Below are positions 1-29,253 of a DNA stretch of 64,000 bases, one piece after another. This DNA comes from Lama glama (Eukaryota): positions 64,668,001-64,732,000 of the forward strand of contig CM052817.1 in the NCBI GenBank assembly GCA_028534125.1, given 5' to 3'. Under the pieces are notes generated by a model. That model saw only the letters and a program-made list of their open reading frames with translations, was not told the origin of the DNA and did no database searches. Every line of letters starts with the position of its first letter. Positions within the stretch are counted from its first letter, which is position 1. Position numbers and translations under genes: made by a program.

Positions 1-2554
1 TACCCTCTTCCCGCCTTCTAAATTCAGGTATTAGTCACCTACTAACCAGCATTCTTAAAAACTTGTAATAGTTTCAGTCCAAAATGTCATTTAAAGAATA
101 GACCTGTGTATCTTAATATATTAGAGAATTCAAACCTTTAAATTTTTTTTTTTTTTTGGTTTGTTTTGCTTTTTCTTTTGAAGGGATCAAGTTCTATTCC
201 AGTTTTGTTTCAGTGGCTTGACGCCCTGAGAATACTATAATTTGTGTTGTCCCTAGTAGTTCAAAAAGTAACATTTAAAAGATAAAGAACAAATACTAGA
301 GCCCTCAGGAAAAGCAGACAATTGTCAGTAGTCTGCAGATTATTTTTACGTCTCTAAAGTGCAGTTTTTAAGTGAAGTTTTCTGCATGTTGCCAAATGAA
401 TTATTGTTACATGATTTTTGTTGTTTCTGTAGTATCATATAAATACTTAATATTCATATCTTATTTTAAGAGAGAGAGAGAGATGTTTGGGTAACTAAGA
501 CATTAGGTGTTCATTTTGAAGAATTATATTATAATTATGTTTATGAGGAGTTTCAACTGGGGGCCTGGATGAGAAAAAAGGTCTCTGCTGTGAAAGGAAT
601 GGTAAACCCCATACACATCACTGTGGGTTTTCACTGATTTTGTAAATAACCCTAGCAGCCTTGTTAAGAATAATGAGTTTTTTTATTTTTCAAATCACCT
701 AACCAGACGTGGAAAAATAAAAGACTGATAGAGGCAGGGATGCTGACTGCAGGAGTGATTGGAGAGAGAGATAACTATTGTATCACAACTTAGTTAATCA
801 TTTATTATTAACTTAGTTATTAATTTTTATTAATTTAACCTTATTAATAAAAATAGTGCTCATAATGATTCTCCGGAATTATTAAGATTAGATTTGTGAT
901 TCTCTATTTAGGAAAAAAGAGGAGCATAGAAAATGTTTTGGAAAAGTTTCATTCAAAAGGGCTAGTATAAATTATTTGGACACTTGTGAGGATAAACTTT
1001 GGTATCAGACAACATGTATCTATTGAGCCTCTCTAATAGACAGAACAATAGATTCAAAGATCATTCTGCCTTCAAGGAGTTTACAAACATATACTTGAAA
1101 AACTAACAGTGGAAGCAACATGTCTTAAGATTTCAATAAAGACACTAAGACCCAAAGGAGATCAGGAGAGGAAGATAGCTTTGTGGCTGCCAAGATCTGA
1201 AAAGGAGTTGGGTCCCAATCTGGACCTGGGAAGAATGGAGGAAGCCGAGGAGAGGAGGGGAAGGCACGAGGAAAAAGGACATAACTGATACATGAAATAG
1301 GAAGAGAGAGGCCAACCACCTGTGGGGTGCATCCTGTTCCCCACAGTACCAACAGGAAGTCTTTACAGGTGAATTCTCTGGCCTCCATTTCTAATGAAAG
1401 AGAATCTTAAATAAGCAGGAATATGTTTCCACTTTGAGGTATTACTACCTTCCTCAGCCAAAACTTCAGAGAAGTTTATCTTCTCTCAGAATTCAATGTG
1501 TGGTAAACATGAAAAAAATAAAGAAATTGGTAGGTTTCAGAAGTTATGCTAAATTGAGAGCTAGTTTTTGTTACTCTAGTCTGAATTATCTATCTTATTC
1601 TTAAACTGTCCATTGTAGCATCTATAAGTATAATAGTTTGAAAATTTGCAATTTGCTTTTTATATACATCTTTTTATTTATTATATCTTATAACTATAAA
1701 TATTTTTACTTACTACATTGATTATAAGAACATTGTCCTTTGTCACTTCTAGTTGTCTATAGAAAATAGATTACTTAGTGCAGATTATAGATGGTTAACT
1801 CTGTGATGCTCTAAAGATTATATATTGTGGTATTATCAAAGATGAAAAGGGGAATTATTTAATAATGATGGAAATTTGAAAGTATAGATGTATTTTCTTT
1901 TAAAATAATCTCTGTATGTATTCATTTATATAGTTTCTGATAGATCACTACTTGTAATTATAGTTCACAGTGGTAAGGTGGGGCTAAGAGAAATTAACAA
2001 ATATTAAAAAGGAAATTATTTAGCAGCTTATTGAAGAAGAGTGTCTTGTAAATTATTGTAACTTGTGTTATATATGATATGTATTTTAAAGATATATGTA
2101 TTTTGTTACATGCTACATATTAATAATGATTTTTTTCTGGTAAAAAGCTTTTTATTATGGAAAAATTTTAAACATATACAATAGTAGAGAGAGCAGTATA
2201 ATGAAACCCCATATATTTATCACCCAACTTAAAAAACTATAAACATATAGCCAATCTAGTTTTATTTATGACCCCTTTATTCTCCACTCTCACTTCTTCA
2301 GAACTGGTTTTAAACAATTTCCAAACATCATATGATTCTATTCATAAACATATCAATTATCATAGTTATTTAACATAGGGAATATTAACATATTTTATGG
2401 ATACAAATGCTATAATCATTATAGCTGTTTGATATTGAGATGTTAACTGTAAACATCTGTTTAAATTCATGGTGATTAATGGTCCATCAGGTTATGAATT
2501 AACCAGACAGTTTCAGATTCAGTCATCTAGTATTCCAGATTGTTCCTGGTGTCA

Positions 2555-20613
<18,059 letters not shown>

Positions 20614-20800
20614 TTTGATTTGAGAATCTTGCCTTGGAAGTTCCTCTCTGTTTTAAGAAACTCTTCTACTTCTATCCTGGGTACTCCATGTCCTGTAATG
20701 AATTTTCTTTGAATAAATACTATTTCTGCTCTTTTATTCTCCAATCATTTTCTCTCCTTTTTGTTGCTGTAATCTGCAACTCTGCCCTTCTCTTTCCACA
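20614..20800 (-). promoter_or_regulatory. ADH4 5'UTR / proximal promoter with CCAAT box
   Basis: Immediately upstream of the ATG; CCAATCA at 20741-20747 and AT-rich AATAAAAG at ~20731-20738 (minus). The TSS cannot be determined from sequence. Confidence 0.55.
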
Positions 20801-21585
20801 TCATTTGTGCTGGCATATTTGAGCTGCAAACCCCCATTACTTCCAACTGTTATTTGGAGATTTTTTGTTTGTTTTTTCTTCTTTTATTGCAAAATATGAG
20901 ATAAGAGAAAAGGTCGTTAAACCTATGAGGTCAGTTAACAAACAATTAATAAAGTAAAGGATATTGCCAGGGCCCCAGAATCCCTCCTTTACCCACCTTC
21001 TCTTTCACAACCCTAATAATAATTTCCGTGCATTTCTTTATGATTTATTCTTCCCTACACAGTACAGTTTAGTTTACTGATTAAAAACTTTATATGAATG
21101 GAATCATAGTGTATGTATGCTTTCATGTCTGTTTTTCTCTCAACTCTGTGTTAGTGAGATTGCCACTTGCCTGTAACCATACTTTGTTTATTTTCATTAC
21201 AGTAGAGTATTCCATTGGTATGAATTGACTACAATTTTTCATCCATTTCATGTTTTGTTTGTGATAAATCAGAACTGCATAAAAATTCTTCCCATGTATC
21301 CTGCTGGACAAGTGCTTGAGTTTCTTTAGGGAAAATTCAGGACTTATATGCAGCCAATGCACACTATTAAGGTGATGCCAACTGTTAAAATATTGGAATA
21401 ATTTTGATCCTGTTGGTAAAAAGCCATTGCGCTAAATCCCTAAGTTCCCTTTCAACTCTGTTGCAGCCCTAGGGAGGCCTGTTAAGTCACTGTTGAGAGA
21501 TACTCTCATGCCCCTCTGGATTGTGAGCCTGTCTCTAAATCCCCAATGTTTTGCGGTCTCTAGGTGAATAAATACCATTTTTTCA

Positions 21586-21651
21586 GCAGAGTTGCAGAAT
21601 ACAGCAACAAAAAGGGAATGAAAATGATTGGAGAATAAAAGAGCAGAAATA
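21586..21651 (+). repeat. Inverted copy of the 65-bp ADH4 promoter block 20721-20785
   Basis: gcagagttgcagaatacagcaacaaaaagg..aaaatgattggagaataaaagagcagaaata is the reverse complement of 20721-20785 with only a few differences. Confidence 0.92.
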
Positions 21652-22698
21652 CTTAGTACTAGTAGCAATTCAGAGTAGTCCTTGGGCCCTGGTAGGCAAA
21701 TAACTAGTGCCTATCTGACCTCCTGGGACTGTGACCACCAGTGCTGTGGGCCAGAGCTCCCCTGGAGTCATGCTTGCATGGCTGTTTGTGGGAAATGGAG
21801 TGTCCCATATCTGTTGTTAAATATTTTGACTAGGAGGGAAATTGATCAGTCTTCAAATTTGATAGACAAGGTCAGAGTTTTATAAAGTGGTTGCACCAAG
21901 CAGCAACAAAGTATGAGATTTCCCATTGCTCCACATTCTTGCCTATACTTGGAATTACCAGACATAAAAATTTTTGATAATCTGTGGTTATGTAATGCTA
22001 TGTAATTGTGTTTTTAATTTATATTTCTCTGATTATTAATGAGGATAAGCATCAGTGATGTACTGGAGCCAGCTCATACAGATTTTTGTTCTCTTATTCT
22101 ACTAACTACTGAGAGATGTTTAAAAATTATTACTATGGATTTTTTTCATTTGTTATAGTTTTTTCTTTTTGCTTTACATATTTTGAGGCTCAATATTAGT
22201 GCATCCAAGTGTTCTGTGTTATATGTGTTTTTAATGTTTAACAACATATTTTTTCCGTCTTTATCAGTATGTTTTCTTTATATCATTTCTTTCAATGCTC
22301 CCATAGTATTCCACTGACTCCTCCAGATTTTAATATTTTATTATTGGATATTTAAGTTGTTCTGTCATACTTTTTAAAAGTATAATTTATACTCTTTGCT
22401 TCCACTTTCTCACTACCCATATTGCATTTCTTAACTTGTCTGGTTTCCATCTCTATCTTTTAACTGAAACTTTTTTTGAAAGTTGTTTGTAGCCTCATTT
22501 TGAAAAAAATGACCTTTAAAAAATTCCTATCTAGCATTTAATTTTTTCTAGACTTTCTTACTGTATTTTTATGATTTCTTTCCTTTTAATCCAAACTTTA
22601 GATAGGAGTTTCCATCTGCTCTTGGATGTTTCTATTTTTATAGTATTCATGTTCACAAAACAGTTTTGTCTTCTTTCACAACTCAGACTCCTTTCTCA

Positions 22699-23111
22699 TG
22701 TTACGGAAACGACAGGCCAGTCAAGAAACAAGCACCACTCGGAGGGTTGGAGTACTCAGATGTATTACGCCGGCGGGCTCAGAGGGGCTTCTGCTCCGAA
22801 GCTCTGAGCACCTCCAAGACGTGCACATGAGGTTTTATAGGGTAAAGTACAAGCTTGGGGTATTCGGCCAATAGGCATGGAACAGCTTTAGCAGCATTAT
22901 CATCACAAAGGTGGAGGCAGGGAGTCAGCAAACCAACATTCCAAAGCCAGATATGTATCTTTGAAAACCCAGCTGGCTGGCAAAAAACATGAACAGCAAA
23001 CCAACACTAATTAACCTAGATTTACAAGTTAGTCCAGCAGAACTCAGATCAGTATTCTGATACTTAGATTTGTGAGTTATCTTGTTAGACCAGCTCGGCT
23101 TTTCCTTCACA
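22699..23111 (-). mobile_element. ERV-type solo LTR, CpG-retaining
   Basis: TG...CA termini; minus strand starts TGTGAAGGAAAAG; CTATAAAA at 22833-22840 and AATACA at 22761-22766 (minus); no clear TSD. Confidence 0.7.
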
Positions 23112-23411
23112 GGCCAACTCAGATCACAAGCCCGTTTCTTCTAGGCCAATAACGACTGCAAGGGAGAATGTTCAAAGCTGCTTTTAGGCTTAGTTTAATC
23201 AACTGGGAGAAGAATCATATTGGGGAATCAGTCGGTATCACAATAAACCTGAATGGATGCTCCTTACTTATTCTCTGCTCTAGAGATACATTTAGTTAAA
23301 GAAAATTAATGACTTAAAGTCAAAATATCTCCCATGAATAGACATGTATAAATGTTAGCCCCTTCAACTTTTATGATTTTCCTGTTCCTTGTGTAAATTT
23401 TATGTATATAT

Positions 23412-23876
23412 TGTTGACTGAAATAAATGCACAGCCTAAAAGTTGAGAGTTACGTTTTACGAGGACTCCAGCTGGGGTGACAGCCCCTCAGATGGCTCTG
23501 AGGGACTGCTCAGATGAGGCAGGGGAGGAGCTAGGATATATAGGAGCTTTACAACAAAGACCAGGTAGTCGGAACATTAAAAGGTTACTTGTTATCTAAA
23601 GAAAACCAGGCATCTCAAGTTAAAGAATTTAGCGCTTTTCTATGTATGGGAGGAAGCAAACATTTGGGCTCATTAAATTCATTCATTTGACAAGCACCTA
23701 GCTATTTAGGGCCAGTATCTTGTCCTTTATTATTCTGAGTCCCCTCAGAGTGCCCCATTGTGAGTGGCTGCAGAGGGGGGGCTACAGGCTTGTAGGGGGT
23801 GGCAGCAGCCGCTGATGACTTGATGGTTTCAGCATTCTTTGTTTACTGATACGAATTGCAGTACTTTTCCTTCACA
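23412..23876 (-). mobile_element. ERV1-type solo LTR
   Basis: TG...CA termini, same TGTGAAGGAAAAG start as the neighbouring LTR, 4-bp TSD atat/acat, TATA-like tatata at ~23537. Confidence 0.75.
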
Positions 23877-25434
23877 ACATCAATTACCACATGCTTCTCT
23901 TTGTTAGCCAGTAGGTTGAGTAGTGTGCTATGTCAACATTATTGGTTCAACTCCTGTGAATTAATTAGATTTTTTTCTGTTTCAGGGCTTTAAATCAAAC
24001 TGTTAAATTGCTAATGTTTGTCTTTAAACATTACAAGGAGAATTAGGTGAGAAAATATTAGTGGATCAGTGTAAATATATTACTGCTAGTGAGAAAGAAG
24101 ATGTGTCTGTTTTGATGGATATCACCTTACATAAATAAAGGGCTGCTTGGAATGTACTATGCTTTGCATTGCAAAGGGTATAGAATTACTTGGGATTGTT
24201 TGGTTGCAGTATCTCACTTAAGCTGACTTTTGGCCAGAGATTTATTTATAAATATAGAGGGATGTGTTATGGAGTCCCAAAGCAAAGAGGCAAATTGGCC
24301 TCAGGAAGGAATTGGGACTAGGTGTTAGACCTCCACCAGGACTGCTCCATCTCCCTTCTCTGCTTCTGTCTGTGCATGCTCTTCAATCCTCTTGCTGCAG
24401 ATTGGCTTTCTTTTCTCTGTTCATGTGGTTGAAATTATGACTATTTCCCCAGGTCACAAATTCTTAGGCCAGACTCTTAAGAAGAGGCTAAATAACACAT
24501 TTTCTTTCGTCTGGATGCTAAATTTTCAAGGAGTTTTGGTACTGCACTTAGTCCCATCAACAAGGATGACTCTGAGGAGCTTATAAACTTAAGGAAGAGG
24601 CAGAACCTAGTGAAAAGATGAGCTGGGTAGATAGTTTCATAGATGTTCATTCTTTTAATTTGACCCATGGTTAATTGCTCAAGAAATTTTCATTCCTATG
24701 TTTACATATGATAGGATTTCCCTTTCTATCACAAAATCAAGGACTTATTTTTCTATGTACAGGTCAAATACTGTGTAGGGGTAAAGTCAGGAGACCTTAG
24801 ATCAAGTCCTGATTCAGCCATTTATTATGTAATCTTGAGCAAGAATGGTTATCTATGTGCCTAGATTTTATCATCTTTAAAGTGAAAGGCTTGAACTAGA
24901 TCTTGTCTCCAAAATATCCCTTCCAGCTCTAAAGTTATGTAATTTAAGAAACTATGTTGGGAAAAATAAAAACTGGTAGAACCAACAAAGTGAAATCCCA
25001 AATTCTTGGGTTGATACTATGAGAATTGTTACTTTCTGACCTTTTGTTATTTCAGCAAATATTTGAAGCTGAAAAGAACAGTCACATAATATCGTTAACA
25101 TATCCAATTATGGAGTTTTTTTAATTTTAATTTTTCTGCTGTTGGCATATTTTTAAACTTTAGACAGTTATGTCATTCCTTTTATAATTTCATTTTGAAA
25201 TCCCAAAATGTATACCACTAGTGCCCTTAAGTATAAATCTTTCTTTTTATCCTTCTTGGGTTTTCTTTTTTAAAAAATTTATTTTATTTTATTTTTTATT
25301 GAAGTATAGTTGGTTATAATGTATCATTTTCTCTTGTACATATATTATATATACATTCGTCTTCATACTCCTTAGTTTTTCTTTATTGTTGTCTATTATG
25401 GAGTTAGTTTCATTTGTGTCTTATGTGTAGCTTA

Positions 25435-25513
25435 TAAATTGATTTCTTAGGACTGAATTCTGAACCCCAAACCTTGCATAAGGCTCATAAACCAGTCCTA
25501 AGAAATCAGTTTA
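25435..25513. repeat. Short inverted repeat / MITE-like hairpin
   Basis: Arms 25435-25455 and 25493-25513 pair at 20 of 21 positions around a 37-nt loop. Confidence 0.8.
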
Positions 25514-25966
25514 GAAATCCTAGTATGAAAATGGCATCCAGTAGGGACCACCTACTATTGTTTCAAAATAGAAAAAATTTTTTTAAAGTATAAGGAAAAA
25601 TAACTACAGTCCATATTCCAGTTTTAATCATTTTCCAGTAATGTCCTTTATAGCCTGTTTCCCTCTATGAGTGCAAAATCAAGTCCAGAGATCATGTATC
25701 ACCTTTAGTTTTCATATCTCATTTGTCTCCTTTAACTGTGAGCAGTTTCTTAGGCTTTCTTTATCTTTCATGACATTGACATTTTTGAAGAACAACATGC
25801 CATTAATTCTTGTCTTATTTTCTCTTTAAATATTGAATTTAAATCCAATAAGCTTTATGTTCTTTCATGTTTTTTAAAAGCTAAGAATATTTTGATGATT
25901 CAATGAAAATATGCATTTTCTTGGGATACCTTCACTTTCTTATAACCTTCAGTTATAACTGACTTC

Positions 25967-26409
25967 TATTAAAGAAAAAATTATTCACAACACTAGTTAA
26001 AGACAGTAAGGAAGACTATTTAAGAAGGGCTACTGCAATGGGGGTTTTACAATAATGGAGAGAGATCTGGCTCAACATTGAATACAACAAGGACACGTGG
26101 AGATTCATAGCCAAGGAGTAGGCTGGGAGTCAGTGGAAGGAAGTTTACTAAGAGGAAGCATTGACTAGGGTGATTCTTGCTAGATCAACTCAACAGATTC
26201 TTGCTGAAGGCATACTAGGGTGATAAGATATAAAGAGTGAGGGTTTAGAACTTTGATCAGATATTGAGGGTGGAGGATTTTTGCTAAACTGACCCAGAAT
26301 GATTGTTGCTAAAACTGATTAAGCAGGCGAAGACAGAACCTAAGGTCAGAGCGTAATCAGAAGAGGGCTCAGAACAGCCTGACTCAAGTTCAGTAGAGAG
26401 TCTTTATCA
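25967..26409 (-). mobile_element. Old ERV1 solo LTR (MER31/MER67-like)
   Basis: Minus strand begins TGATAAAGACTCTCTACTGAACTTGAGTCAGGCTGTTCTGAGCCCTCTTCT, as recalled for this LTR group. Confidence 0.6.
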
Positions 26410-26532
26410 CTCTTTGGTGAGGAATTACGATGTTTTGCTTCATATGCTGTTTCCTTAGATGAATTTATATACATCCATTTAGGCAAGGGTATACTTATAT
26501 AACAGGAAGAAAAACTGTTATTTTATTGTTAT

Positions 26533-29253
26533 AGGCTTTGTTTTAAAGTCTGTTTTGTCTGATATGAGTATTGCTACCCCAGATTTCTTGCCATTTCCAC
26601 TTGCATGAATTATCTTTATCCACCTCCTAGCTTTCAGTCTCTATGTGTCTTTAGCTCTAAAGTGAGTCCCTTGTAAGTAGCATATTGATGGATCTTGCTT
26701 TTTTAATCCAGTCAGCGAGCCTATGTCTTTTGATTGGAGCATTTAGTCCTTTGATATTTAAAGTGATTATTGATTGGTGTGCACTTATTGCCATTTTGTT
26801 ACTTGTTTTCTGGTGTTTTTGTAGTTCTTCTCTGTTCTTTTATTCTTTTAGTTTCTTCCCTTATGAGTTGATTTTCTTTAGTGATAGGCTTGTGTTCCTT
26901 TCTCTATACTTTTTGTGTATCTATTGTAGGTTTTTGATTTGTTGTTACCATGGAGTTGACCTACAACTTTATCTATTTGTTTTAAACTGGTAGTCATTTA
27001 AGGTTAAACATATTATAAAAGATCTACTTTTTTTTAACTCCCCTTCCCAATGTTTTGTTTTTTTTTGATGTCATATTTCTCATCTTCTTGTTTGTCCCTT
27101 CACTGTTTGTTGTAGTCATAGTTGATTTTATGACTTTTTGTCTTTCAATCTTTGTACTGGTTTGTTTAAGTGGTTGATCCATAGCCTTTACTATATATTT
27201 GCCTTTACTAGTGAGATTTTTTTTCCTTTCCTATAGATTCTTGTTGTAGCCTTGTCTTTTTCACTTAGAGAAGATCTTCTAACATTTCTTTTAGGAGAGG
27301 TTTAGTATTGATGAACTCTTAGTTTTTGCTTATCTGAGAAGTTCTTTACCTGTCTTTCAATTCTAAATGATAATCTCCCTGGGTAGAGTATCCTAGGTTG
27401 CAGGCTTTTCCCTTTAAGCACTTCAACTATATCATGTCACTCCCTTCTGGCCTGCAAAGTTTCTGCAGAAAAATCAGCTAATAGCCTTATGGGGGCTCCC
27501 TTGTATATGACTTTGTTTTTCTTTTGCTGCATTTAGAATTCTTTCTTTAAATTTAACTTTTGCCATTTTAATTATGATATGTCTTGTTGCAGGTCTGTTT
27601 GGGTTCATCTGGCTTGGTACCCTCTGTGCTTCCTGTACCTGGATAGCTGGGAAGTTTTGGGAAATTTTCAGAATAATGTCATCAAATACATTTCCCACCC
27701 TTTTCTCTCTCTTCTCCTTCTGGGATCCCTATAATGCAAGTGTTAGTATGCTTGTTATTGTCCCAAAGATCCCTTAAACTATTCTCATTAAAAATTTTTT
27801 TTTTGCTGTTATGATTGGGTGATTTTCATTTTTCTATTTTTTATATGACTTATGTGTTCTATATCACCTAGTCTGCTGTTGATTCCTTCTAGTTATTTTA
27901 GTTATTGTATTCTTCAGTCCTGACTGGTTTTTATATTTTCTAGTTCCTTATTAATTTTCTCACTGTGTTCATTTATTCTTTTTCCTAATTCAGTTAGCAT
28001 TCTTATCACAAATGCTTTGAACTCTTTATCTGGTAAATTATTTATTTCTGTTTCATTTGTTGATTTTTCAGGAATTTTCTTTTATTCTTTCATTTGAAAT
28101 AAATTCCTCTGTCTTCTCATTTTGCTTAACTTTCTTTACTCTATGAAATTTGGTGAAACAGTTACCTATTCTGGTCTTGAAGGGCTGTCGTTGTGTGGGA
28201 AGTCCCTATACAGTCTGTGTGTGCCTAATGGCTTTAGGGGGAGAGCTGGATCTGAACTGAGCATGAGTCACATCTTCCCCCAGTGTTTGCTGGCAGCTAT
28301 CACTTTGGTAGGAGGTGGGGTGGAGATAGAGGGGCTAGAGCCAGAGCCAGGTGTGAGCCAGAGCTTCTCTTCTGCTCAGTGGCCAAAAGGACCCTGTTGG
28401 GAATGGGATCAGGTTCTAAGTTACTGGAGCAAAAACCCTAAGGTTTGGAACTGAGCTGGCTCTGTTCTCTCTAAGTGTGTGCTCTCCCCCTTCCCAGCAC
28501 TCGCACCCTTGCCCCAGAGAGGAGCAGTGCTGGTGCAAGAAAGGCAGTATGGGTGCTTAGCATGGGTCAGGGCATGAGCTGTGGCAGCCTCAGTCCCAGT
28601 CAGAGTTCTGAACTGCTTCTGATTTGCCTCCATGGGCACCAGCACTGGCCACCTTCACCCCATTCAGATGCCATGTTGGGTCCTACCCAACTGCATCCTG
28701 CACAACTGTGTACTCCCCCTCACTGCATTAGCCCTTGCCCTAATGTGGACTGTACCATGGAACACGGACTGGAGCAGGCACTTGGCTCAGGCTGGTGCAC
28801 ACCGAGTATGTGAGAAACTGATCAGAGTCCCAGATGATTTCAGTTTGCTTCTTCTGCCTTGTTTCGGGAATAAGCAAGTGTGTATGCATCCTTCATGAGC
28901 AGAGTCTAGGTTTCTTACAGCCTCACTGTCAGTTCCACTGGTTTTAAAACCAGCTAAGAGAATTTGCCCTCCCAATGTTGGACCCCAGGTCTTAGATGCC
29001 CAATATGTAGTTCACACTGCTTACTCCCCAAGGAGGATCCCCAAGCCCATGTAATCCCCCTCCTCGTCTATGTCCCCTCCACAGGTCCTGACTGATCACT
29101 TCTCTTTACTTCTCTTCCCTTCTTGCCTGATTCTGTGGATCTTTCTTACAGCCTTTGTTGTATAAGAGTCTGTCAGTCTCCAGTTTGTTTTCAGTGAGAA
29201 TTGGCCCACATGTAGATGTATGTCCTCCTACTTTGCCATGTTGGTCTCTCTCC
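26533..29253 (-). mobile_element. L1 5' portion (5'UTR, ORF1, ORF2 endonuclease start), degenerate
   Basis: ORF1-like IQVQEAQRVPSQMNPNRPATRHIIIKMAKVKFKERILNAAKEKQ; L1 5' start motif caacatggcaaagtaggagga near 29250. Confidence 0.88.

Noticed and set aside
1650..2300. ADH4 polyadenylation signal
   Set aside because: Several minus-strand AATAAA candidates lie in AT-rich or repeat-derived sequence; one cannot be chosen without transcript data.
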